Positions 54,292 to 64,000 of a stretch of 64,000 bases of DNA are shown here, one piece after another. Below the pieces are notes generated by a model. It did not search any database, was not told the origin of the DNA, and was given only the letters and a program-made list of their open reading frames with translations. This stretch comes from an uncultured Candidatus Saccharibacteria bacterium (GTDB lineage Bacteria > Patescibacteriota > JACMRA01): NCBI GenBank assembly GCA_964631275.1, contig CAZVWQ010000002.1, positions 26,206 to 90,205 of the forward strand. The letters are read 5' to 3'. A program made the position numbers and the translations under genes. The number at the start of each line of letters is the position of its first letter. The first letter of the stretch is position 1.

Positions 54292-55029
54292 TTAGAACGG
54301 GCCAGAAGACCTAAAAGAAAATAAATCTAAAAGAAAATTATAAATCCAAAGCCCTAAGACCAAGATTAAAGCTATAGCTAAAATTATTATAAAAACTCGA
54401 TTACTAATTCCTAAATTAGAATTCTGAAAAACATTGACAATTCCTCTACTAAAAAAATCCTCCGACTGTCTCTTACCTGAATCTAGTTGGGCTAGAACCC
54501 GATGAAACTCAGAACCATGATCACGGACAAAGACATGAGCCAATTCGTGAGCAACTACGTGCCTAATATGTTTACCTGAGTCATATTTTATTAAATTCTG
54601 ATTAAAAAAAAGTATAAATTTTTTCTTTCTTGGATTAATCTGATTAATGCCCCATTCTTTTTCGTACTGACCGATTTTAAAATCAATTTGAGAAGAATAT
54701 TTTAGTTCTTTAAGATATTCATTAACCGAAAATTTAACTTGTTTAGCAAAAGTTTTTTTGCCGTCTGTATAATTCAGACTTACTGAAACTCTTTTGTCTC
54801 TAAGACTTGCGATTCCACTGCGAATAATTTTTTTTAACTCTCTAATACAAAATTTCTCATATTCTCTTTGGAACTTAGAAAAGTTTTTGGAGATTTCTGG
54901 TTTTACCCAGAATTTATTCCCATCAAAACTCAAACTAGCCCACTGCCGCCGAACCTCAACTTCTCGGATTTTGCCTTTAAAAGGAGCGGTTGCAAAGGGC
55001 ATCGGATTAGTTTGTATTAAAAGGATCAA
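54292..55029 (-). CDS. DUF45/YgjP-like zinc metallopeptidase with a C-terminal TM helix
   Basis: HVVAHELAHVFVRDHGSEFH and VFIIILAIALILVLGLWIY. Confidence 0.65.
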   Translation of the reverse strand: MILLIQTNPMPFATAPFKGKIREVEVRRQWASLSFDGNKFWVKPEISKNFSKFQREYEKFCIRELKKIIRSGIASLRDKRVSVSLNYTDGKKTFAKQVKFSVNEYLKELKYSSQIDFKIGQYEKEWGINQINPRKKKFILFFNQNLIKYDSGKHIRHVVAHELAHVFVRDHGSEFHRVLAQLDSGKRQSEDFFSRGIVNVFQNSNLGISNRVFIIILAIALILVLGLWIYNFLLDLFSFRSSGPF

Positions 55030-55801
55030 AAGGATTAAAGTTACGCTCTTCTTCCCATTCTGAGATTTTTTCAGCTAGGTTGATTGTGGTTTTTACTGGT
55101 TCAATCTGAGAAGTAATGTCTTTAAAATACTCTATTTCAAATATTGAGCCTTCGATTCTATTAATGCTTTCAATAAATTCATAATCGAAATCGACATTTA
55201 TTGAGTCGTTATCTACAAAATCAGGATAAGATAAAAAAATTCGATTATAGCTGTTAGTCTGAGCATAAAGAAATACCCAATAATCTTGATTCTGATAACT
55301 AAAAGAGTGTAAGTCCAAAACTCTTGGCCCAGCGTAATTGAGCTTTCCGTTTTCTTTGAGGACATATATGTTGTAATCATAATCTATCTGAGTATTCTCA
55401 TTTAAATATATATCGGTAAACTGATCTCCAATATAAAAATTATCATCTTCTTTGATTTTAATTACCTTTTCTCCAGTTACTAAATCTCTGATTACAAAAT
55501 CTTCTAGAGTTCTGATGTCTTCTTTTTCGGCAATATCGAATTGATTTTGGTAGATATTACCATTTAAGGCTCCTTCAGGGTCAATTATGCCTTCATCTAA
55601 ATTTCTTAACCCTTCAATTGTTTGATCAAATTCTCGCCTTCCTTCATCGATACTTTCGTTAATTTCTTCTTGAATAGCCTGTCTACCCTCTTGATTCAGA
55701 TTTTGGTTATTTTTAGAAGAAAAATTAAAGATAACAAAAAACACAGCTAAAAGAATTGTAGTTGCAATTAAAATTATGATTATTTGGTTTCTTTTAGTCA
55801 T
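55007..55801 (-). CDS. N-terminally anchored hypothetical protein
   Basis: TM helix IIIILIATTILLAVFFVIF. Overlaps the next gene by 23 nt and starts 4 nt after the giant gene. Confidence 0.6.
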   Translation of the reverse strand: MTKRNQIIIILIATTILLAVFFVIFNFSSKNNQNLNQEGRQAIQEEINESIDEGRREFDQTIEGLRNLDEGIIDPEGALNGNIYQNQFDIAEKEDIRTLEDFVIRDLVTGEKVIKIKEDDNFYIGDQFTDIYLNENTQIDYDYNIYVLKENGKLNYAGPRVLDLHSFSYQNQDYWVFLYAQTNSYNRIFLSYPDFVDNDSINVDFDYEFIESINRIEGSIFEIEYFKDITSQIEPVKTTINLAEKISEWEEERNFNPFDPFNTN

Positions 55802-55805
55802 ATTT

Positions 55806-58800
55806 TTATATTTTTACCCCTTCTCTAGTGCAAGTAGATTGGCCAGTTTTATTATTTGAAATATTAGTTATGCCTAGTTTTTTATAAGCATCAATAACAA
55901 ACTGTGTGCTATGTTCATAACCTCCATTACTACTTCCACCAGCTTTTATTTTTATGTCTACATGTGCACCATAGGATTCTCCTGTATTACCCATTATACC
56001 AATTATATTACCAGCTGAAACTCTATCACCTACTTTGAGGTTAGAAGGCTGTCTAAGATGATGAAACCTATATTCTTTACCATCTGCCCCTCTAATAAAG
56101 ATAGAATTACCCCCTGCTCCTCTAGAACCAACAAAACTAACTTCTCCAGCAATCGGTGAAGGAATAAAAGGGTCTCCATTTGGATTTCTTAAAACATAAT
56201 CCGTACCCCAATGAGTTCCGTTACGGTATTCTCTAGGAGAATAAAAACAATCTGTAATTATTAGCTGCCATCTGGATAGCTCATCTTTGCCTAAACAATC
56301 TTCTCCATCATTACAAATTGCACCTATGTTAGCTAAACTTGTTCCTGATAAATCAGCACTTGGATTAGGGCAATAAGCAGGTTTTTTTGAATTACTTGCC
56401 ATCTCAGAATTAGTTTCTACTGTATTTGTTTCTTTGGGCTGGTCTTTTTCATTTTCTGATCCCTCACCTTGTCCATCGTCAGCTTGAGCAAAATAAAATA
56501 AATTAGAATTATTATTAGTTAATTTGTTTCTTAATTCTATTTCAGTTAAAGCTTGTTGCTCAACCCCGCTAGCACAAGTAATTATCTGAAAGTTTTTAAA
56601 AGCCGCTTCACCGTAATCTCTATCACAGGTACCGTTACCATCACAGCCACTACCCAGCCATCTAGCTGTGGCTCCATAGATGGGGTGCTTATCTGGAAAA
56701 GCATTCATTCTTTTTTTGTCTTCATATCCGGCTTCTATCACAGCCATCTGCAAAGCTCTGTGGCTCAAGTTTTTGCCATTTTCGTCTGGACCACCACTGA
56801 CAGTAAATTGATTTATAGTTGGAATGTATCCTAGAGCAACCATGGCCCACCCTCCATTACCAAGACTTGAATCATAGCCGTGCCCAGGACATAATTGAGC
56901 TACTCCAAAGCATCCAATCCCATTGATAGTTCCAGGCCCCCAAATATCTTCTTTACCTCCAGTTTCGGTAGCCATTAGAGTAATAACAAAGGTTATAGTC
57001 TCTTGACTTACTCCAGCTTCATTACCAGCATTAATAACTTCTTTGATGTGTCTTACTGGAATTTGACCATCTTGACTAACTCGACCAGCATTACCTCTCC
57101 AAAGAGTAATTGTTTCATCATCTGATTTATCATCAATTAAAGCTTTTAAACACTGAGAAATTTCTCCAACATTAGCTGTCCTGCTAGAAGTTCCACCAGC
57201 CGCCAGAATACAGCCACAGTCGTCAGCTCCTGCAGACAAAAATTCGATAGATCCAGAAGACCCTTGAGTTTCTAGATCTTCTAATTTTGTACTACCACCA
57301 CTGTAATACCACTCCCAAGACTCATAGTCAGATCCGTTAGACCCATCATTAGATAATTCGAAGCCATAAGTCTCAGCATTATTTTGTAACGACCTAAAGG
57401 CTTGAGTATTTTGGAAAGAGTTATCTAGAGCGTTGTTGTTTTCGGAGGTTGTAAAATCAACTACCAAGCCTGTAGCATGTTTTGAAAAACCAGGAGGGGC
57501 AGAGACAGTAGCTCTGGCTAAGTAGGCTTCTTTAGCCGCTTCGTATTCAGGAGTACCTTCTGTCCAAGAATCTTGGAATATTCTATCGTTTGGGATTGGG
57601 TTAGTTACACTACTACTTGAATTAAAATAAGTTCCTACCTGGTCATTATAGCTTCGATACAAAGAAGTAGGGTTTAGATTAACTCCATCTCTATTTGCAG
57701 CAGCTATCATTTCGTTTAGTTTTGATTGTAACTCTGAGTTTACAGAGCCTGTATCTTCGTAGCCTTGATAACCTCTCTCAGCTCCTATTTCAGCTAAAAA
57801 CTGCTTATGCTTGTCACTCAGGGATTCGTAGCTACTTGGTCTAGTCTGAGCCTTAGTCTGTATCGGTCTGATTATTAGACTTGGATCAAGAAAGACTCCT
57901 TGAGAATCTTTTTCATCTGGATCATCTGAGCCTGAGGCATTTTCTTCGTCTCTGTCATCTTGATCAAAATCTGTACTAGTCTCTAAAATAGAGCTGTGAG
58001 CTTGGCCGATTGGGCAGCACCAGATATTAGAGAAATTACCTCCAACTCCACTACCTCCGCTAGGAGAAATTCCGTCAGAATATTTATAGTCGCCTTGCCT
58101 TTGAGCTACCATTGCCACATGAAAATGGTGTGTATGAGCCCAACCTTCGTTTATAAATATCCCTCCAATATCCCCATCATTTTGCACACTTCTAGAGCTA
58201 CTTCCAGTATCAGAAACTTTGGTCTTACCTTTTGAATTTAAATGATTCTTAAAATGTTTATTAGCTATAAACTGACTACCTACACCAGATCCGTAAGCAA
58301 TATCATAAACACCTTCAAACAAATTAGCAGCTTCTTGATCCACTATTCCAGCATCTGTAATATTACCAATATCAACATGCCGTCTAATTCTAGGATCGGG
58401 TGTATTCCCGTTATTAACCGCTTTGTCAGGATAACCACCAGCCCATCTAGCTCCTCTGCCACTAGTTTTAAAGCCTTTTATTGGTTCTCCCTTTATATCG
58501 CTTAATCTGCCAACACCCCAAATATCAACAGCCCGACTTGGGTTTACATGGTCTCCACTACCTCTTCCCCAATCTCTTGGGCCGGTAACCAAGGCAAAGC
58601 CCGCACGATGAACATTATCCAGGAATTGTACAATATTAAAGTCGAACTGCCCGTTTCTAATTGCACTCTCAGTATTGCTAGTAATTGGCCTAACTTGATA
58701 AAATTCACCGTTTTTGTAGTAGTCCGCTACACGATTTCTTACAGCTTGCTCATCCTCTTGAGCAGATACTTCTACAGGTCTTAAGAAATTAAGAGGGTTG

Positions 58801-61800
58801 AGATTAGATAAATTAAAATCATTAAAGCCAACCTGATTGTCAGCTATTTGTACGTCTGAACCACCACAGCCTTCTCTAATTCTCTCATAAGTATTACTGT
58901 TGAAATACTCTCTTAAAACTGGCTGGCCTCTTTGTTTTTTTCGGCAGATCTCATGAATGCCCGAACCGCAAGAGGCTCTATCTCCATATGCTTGATCGTA
59001 GTGATCAATAGCTTCTAATTGCCTTTCTACTTCTTGAGTCCAAGTGTTACCATTACTAGCCAAGGTAGACTCAATAATTCTTAAATGTTCAATCGGCTTG
59101 ACTCCACTACTGAATTGCAAACCTGACTGGTTAACCACTGATACTACATCAGTCCCAAAGTAGCTACGCAAAACACTTTCAGGTGCTGCTCCCCGAGTTA
59201 CTAGCCTAGCATACTGAGCTTTGTCTTGCATGACTTCATCTTTTTCATAGACTGACTGACATTGACTAATACTAATCTCTGGAAAAACTTGATTTGTTCG
59301 GTAACAAACCGAATCTGCAGCAGTACTGGTTAGTTCTCTAAGTGGAATTTGGTATTTACCGACACAAGGTCCACTACAATAATTAGCTCTCATACCCAAT
59401 CCAGCTCCACTAGTCTCCATAGCACTAATCATCGTTATATAAGCAGTAAAAGCTCTAGGAATATCGGAAGGAATCCAACTTGGGCTTCTTCCCTTAGCTC
59501 CACCAGTAGCGGTGACTAGTCTAGATCCGCAATCAAAGCCTTCTCCAGGTGTACCGCCAGCTACCCCACCCCCACCATTCTCCGCTAAAGTATACGTTCC
59601 ATCAGGATTTTTGATGTAGGCTACATATCCAGCCGGGCAGCTAAATCCCGGAGACTGATCTTTACAACCTAACTGATCTGCAAAAAACTTTTTGACTATA
59701 CTATCAGGTACTTCGATGCCAAAAAATCCATTAATAACCACTCTAGCTCCAGTAATTGCGTTATTTTTACCTCCAATAATTCTTTCAGCAGCATAAAAAG
59801 AAGGTTCAAAAACTTTATCTCTAACATTCTCTAAAGGTATACAATAGACTCCAATTACAGTTATAAAAAACAAAGCTAAAACTGCAGCTATTATCAAAAT
59901 CACAGCCAAGACCGGACCACCCACTGTAGTCAAAAAGCCACCAACAGCATTCACTGCCGCCGAAGTAGCCTGAATAGTCATTTTTTGAGCGGCCCTACCC
60001 GCTGTTCTTCCAACCTTCTTAACCCCTTCTGTAGCTAGATCTTTAGCTTTTTGGTAGGCTTGGTCTTTGAGATTGTCAGCTAGACTGCGATTATCAATTA
60101 ACCTTTCTTCGATTTCTGCTCTTTCTGAAGCAGTTAAGCTAGGATCATTAAGAGCTTCGTATTGTCTGATTTGCTCGTCTTTGCCTTCGACTTGTCTATC
60201 AATACCAACTTTATCTGTTTGTAGATTATCAAAGAATTCATCGTCTTTAGCCTGATCTCTGTCAATTCGAGCATCCTTGTAGCGAGTTGCTCTACCACCC
60301 AGGTCAGGGCCGTCAGTTCTATCTAAGTCCATAGGTCCGAGTTCTCCACCTTCGCCTTCTGACCTGTTTGGTAATCTGTACCTACCTAGAGGACTTAAGT
60401 TTAGCATAGCTGGAGTTGTTCTACCAGTTGCCGCTTGAGCCCTATAAGCATCATTATCTAATTTGTTACCTGCTAGAACTTCATTTCTTTGATCTTGGTA
60501 TTCTCCATTAAGTTGTTGATCACCTGGACTAGCAGAATCAAAATTCTCTTGCCCTCGCCAATAAGTATCTAATTCATAAGGATCTAAGATACTTTTGTTA
60601 CCATTATCATCAACTATTTGTTCTAAAGCCTCATCTTCTTTCCTTAGTTTTTCTAAATCTAAAGATGCAACCTCTTTAGCCTGACGTCTCTTTGAATCTC
60701 TAATTTCACCTTGCAAATCAGCTGTTTTTCTACGAAATGTGCTTGGCTCAAACCTATCTTCTTGATTTATGTCTCTGCCTAATTGTTGATAAACTGGATC
60801 ACTAGGATCCGGACCTTCGGACGGCAAGACTATAATTGGAGGCTTAACAAACGGTGGTATGATCTCTTGCTCTGGTATTTGTGATACTTTTTCATCTGGA
60901 GAGACAGAAATTGTGCCAACTGGAGAAAGTTGAGGATTCAAACTTGAGCTTCGTCGCCTTCGTCTACGTTCCCCTCCTTGATCTACTCTTGAGGTAGGAC
61001 TTTGAGATATTCCTGGACTCGGAATATTACTAACTCCTTGAGAATTAACACCAGCAGCAGAAGATGGCTTAGAAACTACCGTATTAGCTTCGTCGGTCGG
61101 ACCAGCCACAGCACTAACAACACCCAAAGCTAGAGCTGCTTGAACTAACCTAGCTCCTAAGTCAAAATTTGACGGAGTAGTTGAAACACCACCGTTTATG
61201 TTTATATCAAATTCACTAACTCTAGCCGCAACTTGTTGTTGCATATACCCAAAACCCTCTCGATCCTTAGGAATTGAAACTCCAGCTTTTTGGTAGTTTT
61301 GTTCCAATCTTTGCCTGATAATCTCTTCGATTTCATTTTGATCAAAGTCTTTAGCCTGCACTTCTCTAGCTACTTGAGCAGTTGTACATTCTTCAATCAC
61401 CTGATTTACTTGATCCGGAGTTAAAACTCCAACAGCAACTTTAACCTGGTTTCGCTTAAATCTATCAGTAACTTGTTCAACTCTTTGCAAAGCAAACTCC
61501 GGGCTAAGAGCCTTTTTACTTGCCTTTTTTTGTTGGTTAATTAATTTCAAAGCCGTAGCCCTAACAAAATCTTCAGAAACCTGAGAAGCCCTTTCTTGGT
61601 TTTGAGGTTGCTGAGGGTCTTCGGATTCTTGTTTTTTTACAATTTCCTGTCTGATTCTTTGATCTAACTCTTGAGCTAAATTATCTATTTCCTTTTCTTC
61701 ATCTTGCCTTAGCTTTTCTAATCTTTGGTCAATTGGGTTATCCTGAGAGTCTGGTTCTTCTTTTGGTAAACTAGTAGAAATTACTTCTGGACTGCTATTT

Positions 61801-62864
61801 GCTTCTGGATCCGAATTCAAAGTTTCAGTTTGATCTAGGATACCGCCCGCCGCTGGAGTTTGCTCAGAAACTTGCCCCTGAGATTCTTGTCCAGTTGGAA
61901 TAGGTTCTAAAATTTGACCTTCCTTATTTTGCCCAAAATTAGTTGGCTCCATATTTGGACTTTTTGGATCCTTAGAAGTAGTTGTTTGCACTCTTCGAGT
62001 TTTTTGATCTAAACTTGTTTGAGAAGCTTTCATCGCAGCTGTTACCGCAGCACCCGCAGCTAAACCTCCTGTTCCAGCCATGGCTTTGCGAGCAAATTCT
62101 ACAGCTTCATTTTGACCTTCTTCTTGCTCATTTTTATCACCTTCTTCTACCTTTCTCAAAAGCTCCAAAATCCTATCACTAACTTCTTTTTCTTGTTCTT
62201 TATAAAAAACGTTAGCTAAATACTTAGTAAATAAAATTTCAATTATAGCTTGAGACTCAAAAAATTCGAGATCTAATCCCTGTCTAGTTGAATTAAGACT
62301 GACCTTTAGAGTATTTTCTAAAGCTTCAAGAACTATTTCTTTTGTTCCTTCTAGATTAATCTGTCTACTAATCTCAAGAATTCTAACAGCTCTCAAGTCT
62401 TTCTCTAACTCCAAAAGACTATTTACCTGACTGCTAAGATCTAAATTTTTTAATTTGGTTTTAAATAAACTAAATAATTGATTAACGAAAAGTAAGAAGG
62501 TCTCGTTAATTTTTTGTTGGTCACTATTTCCACCTGAGTTATTAGCCTGTTTGCCAGTGACATTACTATTGATAAAAATATAAAACAAAGCGGCTTTAAT
62601 CTGATTTAGATTATCAGCTCCTTCGCTACCTACCAGAAGACTTAGTTGATTTCCATTATTAATTGTATTTAGGACAGACTCAACAAATCGATATTCGAAT
62701 AAATAATCTTCTTTAGAAGTAATCCTATCGTTTTGTATTTTGAGTATCTCTAACAAAGCTTCAGAGTTAGAACCAACATAAAAATCAAATCTATACTCAC
62801 CAAAGCCAAAGCTCTCTGGAGAATTTGTTTTTAATTCGGTAATTTTTGTAGTGTTTTGAAGCAC
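55806..62864 (-). CDS. giant (2352 aa) membrane-anchored multi-domain murein hydrolase-like protein
   Basis: No signal peptide. About 965 aa of charged/coiled N-region. TM stretch near 59838-59965. Then ISAMETSG (SLT-like), GDHVNPSRAVDI..HTHHFHV (LAS-like), SKHATGLVVDF..ESWEWYY (VanY-like), LMATETGG (SLT-like) and THWGTDY..FHHL..GNTGESYGAHVDI (M23). GTG start. Confidence 0.9.
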   Translation of the reverse strand: MLQNTTKITELKTNSPESFGFGEYRFDFYVGSNSEALLEILKIQNDRITSKEDYLFEYRFVESVLNTINNGNQLSLLVGSEGADNLNQIKAALFYIFINSNVTGKQANNSGGNSDQQKINETFLLFVNQLFSLFKTKLKNLDLSSQVNSLLELEKDLRAVRILEISRQINLEGTKEIVLEALENTLKVSLNSTRQGLDLEFFESQAIIEILFTKYLANVFYKEQEKEVSDRILELLRKVEEGDKNEQEEGQNEAVEFARKAMAGTGGLAAGAAVTAAMKASQTSLDQKTRRVQTTTSKDPKSPNMEPTNFGQNKEGQILEPIPTGQESQGQVSEQTPAAGGILDQTETLNSDPEANSSPEVISTSLPKEEPDSQDNPIDQRLEKLRQDEEKEIDNLAQELDQRIRQEIVKKQESEDPQQPQNQERASQVSEDFVRATALKLINQQKKASKKALSPEFALQRVEQVTDRFKRNQVKVAVGVLTPDQVNQVIEECTTAQVAREVQAKDFDQNEIEEIIRQRLEQNYQKAGVSIPKDREGFGYMQQQVAARVSEFDININGGVSTTPSNFDLGARLVQAALALGVVSAVAGPTDEANTVVSKPSSAAGVNSQGVSNIPSPGISQSPTSRVDQGGERRRRRRSSSLNPQLSPVGTISVSPDEKVSQIPEQEIIPPFVKPPIIVLPSEGPDPSDPVYQQLGRDINQEDRFEPSTFRRKTADLQGEIRDSKRRQAKEVASLDLEKLRKEDEALEQIVDDNGNKSILDPYELDTYWRGQENFDSASPGDQQLNGEYQDQRNEVLAGNKLDNDAYRAQAATGRTTPAMLNLSPLGRYRLPNRSEGEGGELGPMDLDRTDGPDLGGRATRYKDARIDRDQAKDDEFFDNLQTDKVGIDRQVEGKDEQIRQYEALNDPSLTASERAEIEERLIDNRSLADNLKDQAYQKAKDLATEGVKKVGRTAGRAAQKMTIQATSAAVNAVGGFLTTVGGPVLAVILIIAAVLALFFITVIGVYCIPLENVRDKVFEPSFYAAERIIGGKNNAITGARVVINGFFGIEVPDSIVKKFFADQLGCKDQSPGFSCPAGYVAYIKNPDGTYTLAENGGGGVAGGTPGEGFDCGSRLVTATGGAKGRSPSWIPSDIPRAFTAYITMISAMETSGAGLGMRANYCSGPCVGKYQIPLRELTSTAADSVCYRTNQVFPEISISQCQSVYEKDEVMQDKAQYARLVTRGAAPESVLRSYFGTDVVSVVNQSGLQFSSGVKPIEHLRIIESTLASNGNTWTQEVERQLEAIDHYDQAYGDRASCGSGIHEICRKKQRGQPVLREYFNSNTYERIREGCGGSDVQIADNQVGFNDFNLSNLNPLNFLRPVEVSAQEDEQAVRNRVADYYKNGEFYQVRPITSNTESAIRNGQFDFNIVQFLDNVHRAGFALVTGPRDWGRGSGDHVNPSRAVDIWGVGRLSDIKGEPIKGFKTSGRGARWAGGYPDKAVNNGNTPDPRIRRHVDIGNITDAGIVDQEAANLFEGVYDIAYGSGVGSQFIANKHFKNHLNSKGKTKVSDTGSSSRSVQNDGDIGGIFINEGWAHTHHFHVAMVAQRQGDYKYSDGISPSGGSGVGGNFSNIWCCPIGQAHSSILETSTDFDQDDRDEENASGSDDPDEKDSQGVFLDPSLIIRPIQTKAQTRPSSYESLSDKHKQFLAEIGAERGYQGYEDTGSVNSELQSKLNEMIAAANRDGVNLNPTSLYRSYNDQVGTYFNSSSSVTNPIPNDRIFQDSWTEGTPEYEAAKEAYLARATVSAPPGFSKHATGLVVDFTTSENNNALDNSFQNTQAFRSLQNNAETYGFELSNDGSNGSDYESWEWYYSGGSTKLEDLETQGSSGSIEFLSAGADDCGCILAAGGTSSRTANVGEISQCLKALIDDKSDDETITLWRGNAGRVSQDGQIPVRHIKEVINAGNEAGVSQETITFVITLMATETGGKEDIWGPGTINGIGCFGVAQLCPGHGYDSSLGNGGWAMVALGYIPTINQFTVSGGPDENGKNLSHRALQMAVIEAGYEDKKRMNAFPDKHPIYGATARWLGSGCDGNGTCDRDYGEAAFKNFQIITCASGVEQQALTEIELRNKLTNNNSNLFYFAQADDGQGEGSENEKDQPKETNTVETNSEMASNSKKPAYCPNPSADLSGTSLANIGAICNDGEDCLGKDELSRWQLIITDCFYSPREYRNGTHWGTDYVLRNPNGDPFIPSPIAGEVSFVGSRGAGGNSIFIRGADGKEYRFHHLRQPSNLKVGDRVSAGNIIGIMGNTGESYGAHVDIKIKAGGSSNGGYEHSTQFVIDAYKKLGITNISNNKTGQSTCTREGVKI

Positions 62865-62967
62865 TTTTTTTTAATTTTGGTTTTTGTTAGAGTGTTTTGA
62901 CCAAACTTCTAAAAATCTTTATTCCAACTAAAAAATATTAATAGTCTGTATATTTTTTTGTAATTGC

Positions 62968-62996
62968 AGTATATTACACAAAATTAGTTTTTACAA
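62968..62996 (-). promoter_or_regulatory. sigma70-type promoter for the giant gene (TTGTAA, 17-nt spacer, TATACT on the minus strand)
   Basis: The reverse complement reads ttgtaaaaactaattttgtgtaatatact. It lies about 100 nt upstream of the GTG start. Confidence 0.4.
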
Positions 62997-63038
62997 GAGT
63001 CAAAATTACTGCAGTACAAGTAAATACTATATAGCCAA

Positions 63039-63064
63039 ATAAAAAACCAGCCTTTTAGGGCTGG
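63039..63064 (-). terminator. rho-independent terminator
   Basis: Minus strand reads CCAGCC-CTAAAA-GGCTGG followed by TTTTTT. Confidence 0.55.
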
Positions 63065-63106
63065 AAACATAAAATAGAGAGACTTATTTTAAGTGTTTAT
63101 CTGGTT

Positions 63107-63359
63107 CTAACTTTCTAAATTCTCTAACATACTTTTTAAATTCTTTAATTCCTCTGACATCCTAGTTATTGTTTCTCTCATCTTTTTGGCTTTTTCGCTA
63201 TCTAATTTCAATTTCCCATTGGCAATCATATTGTCATACATTTTCAAGTATCTAATATATATTTTCTTTTTGGGTACCAATTTTACCTTTTAATCTATCA
63301 ATTTCGCTTGCATTTGGATTGTCGTTAAGCCAAGCACGACCTTTTTCTATTTTAGCCAT
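63107..63359 (-). pseudogene. small coiled-coil protein gene with a 1-nt frameshift at an A-run
   Basis: MAKIEKGRAWLNDNPNASEIDRLKGKIGTQK, frameshift, IYIRYLKMYDNMIANGKLKLDSEKAKKMRETITRMSEELKNLKSMLENLES*. Confidence 0.35.
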
Positions 63360-63773
63360 AAAAATTATATTTTTGTTTTTATTTAAAATTTTTTATGCAG
63401 AACTGCACAGGCTAATTATTTTTTATATATATAATAGTCAAATATATCCATCTTCTATGCTTTTTTAGCTTTGTTTCAAGGTTTGTGGGGTCGTGGAGAG
63501 AGTTATTACCATCAAATCTCAGATTTTTACTCAGTAGGTCTACAACCGTTACGGTTTCAAATTCTGTACAATTTTCTGTATTCTTTTGTTTAACAAACAA
63601 TTATTTTATTAACACTTGACATGTTTTTTGGTTTGTTTTAGAGATTTTACTCCAATTAAATAAATTACTAAACTTAATATCAATTACTTAATTTCTCTAA
63701 ATCTAATATCAACTTCCATAAATATATACTTTTTAGATTAATTATGAGTTCTGATTTTTGCTAAAATTTTTTT

Positions 63774-63898
63774 TATACACTTTGAACTAATCATTACGAT
63801 AATTACCCGTTAAGAGTTTAACTTAAATAAAAAGATTTATTTTTTATGAAGGGCTAAGTCTAAGGTAATAATGAACAGATTAAATATAAAAAAACGGA
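63774..63898 (-). repeat. repeat family A
   Basis: tatacactttgaactaatcattacgataattacccgttaagagtttaac.. Confidence 0.7.
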
Positions 63899-64000
63899 AA
63901 ATCGTTACTTGCAAAAAAGATTTACTTGGTTTTTGTAATAAATAATATTTTCTCTAAATTGTGAAATAAAAATGAAAAGTTTTTCAAAGCCTTTAATCTC

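Noticed and set aside
56553-62182. Plus-strand ORFs inside the giant gene (56553-56834, 57996-58235, 58242-58505, 58548-58784, 60067-60255, 61982-62182)
   Set aside because: They are antisense to a 2352-codon ORF with multiple recognisable domains. Their composition is Ser/Leu-rich, which is typical of shadow frames.
53341-63359. Prophage or tape-measure protein, or a conjugative T4SS, as the context of the giant hydrolase
   Set aside because: The window has no capsid, portal, terminase, tail, VirB4/VirD4 or relaxase genes. The neighbours are a peptidase, an anchored protein and a prenyl synthase.
63412-63600. 62-aa minus-strand ORF
   Set aside because: It has a TTG start, no recognisable family, and sits in repeat-rich terminal DNA. 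The evidence is insufficient to call a gene.
1-64000. Alternative genetic code (UGA or UAG reassignment) as the explanation for truncated genes and in-frame stops
   Set aside because: Long genes (7.0 kb, 2.4 kb and 2.4 kb ORFs) are intact under the standard code. The broken ORFs contain TAA, TAG and TGA alike. The sequence after the valS and gltX stops does not continue as synthetase text.

Overview
AT-rich bacterial chromosomal segment that reads in the standard genetic code; a 2352-codon ORF is intact. The gene content includes PdxS, HU, TopA, GDH, ComM, PIN toxins, a sortase-type surface protein and a giant murein hydrolase. Together with the near absence of Shine-Dalgarno sequences this suggests a small-genome, possibly CPR/Patescibacteria-like organism, but that lineage call is inference only. 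I support about 45 protein genes and 2 tRNAs (Lys-CUU, Gly-GCC). I found no rRNA, no CRISPR array, and no intact transposase or integrase. By my own tally from ORF coordinates, roughly a quarter of the window is non-coding. That non-coding DNA is a mosaic of at least eight dispersed short repeat families, several of them MITE-like. The window also holds many gene relics: truncated valS and gltX, an IS630 transposase relic, a RhuM-VOC chimera, stop-riddled ORFs and a permuted tRNA-like relic. Main observations: (1) thrS carries an in-frame 537-bp element bounded by GC-rich inverted repeats that encodes a DUF559/Vsr-like endonuclease. (2) The thrS 3' end occurs in three direct copies that delimit small gene cassettes (a type II R-M pair, a P-loop protein and others), with no recombinase visible. 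(3) A 2352-aa membrane-anchored protein carries five murein-hydrolase-like modules and heads a minus-strand gene string. (4) A promoter, a Thr/Ile-containing mini-ORF and alternative hairpins ending in a terminator lie upstream of the alaX-thrS region. (5) The valS fragment has an in-frame HAD-like insert. All family names come from motif recognition by eye; no database search was run.
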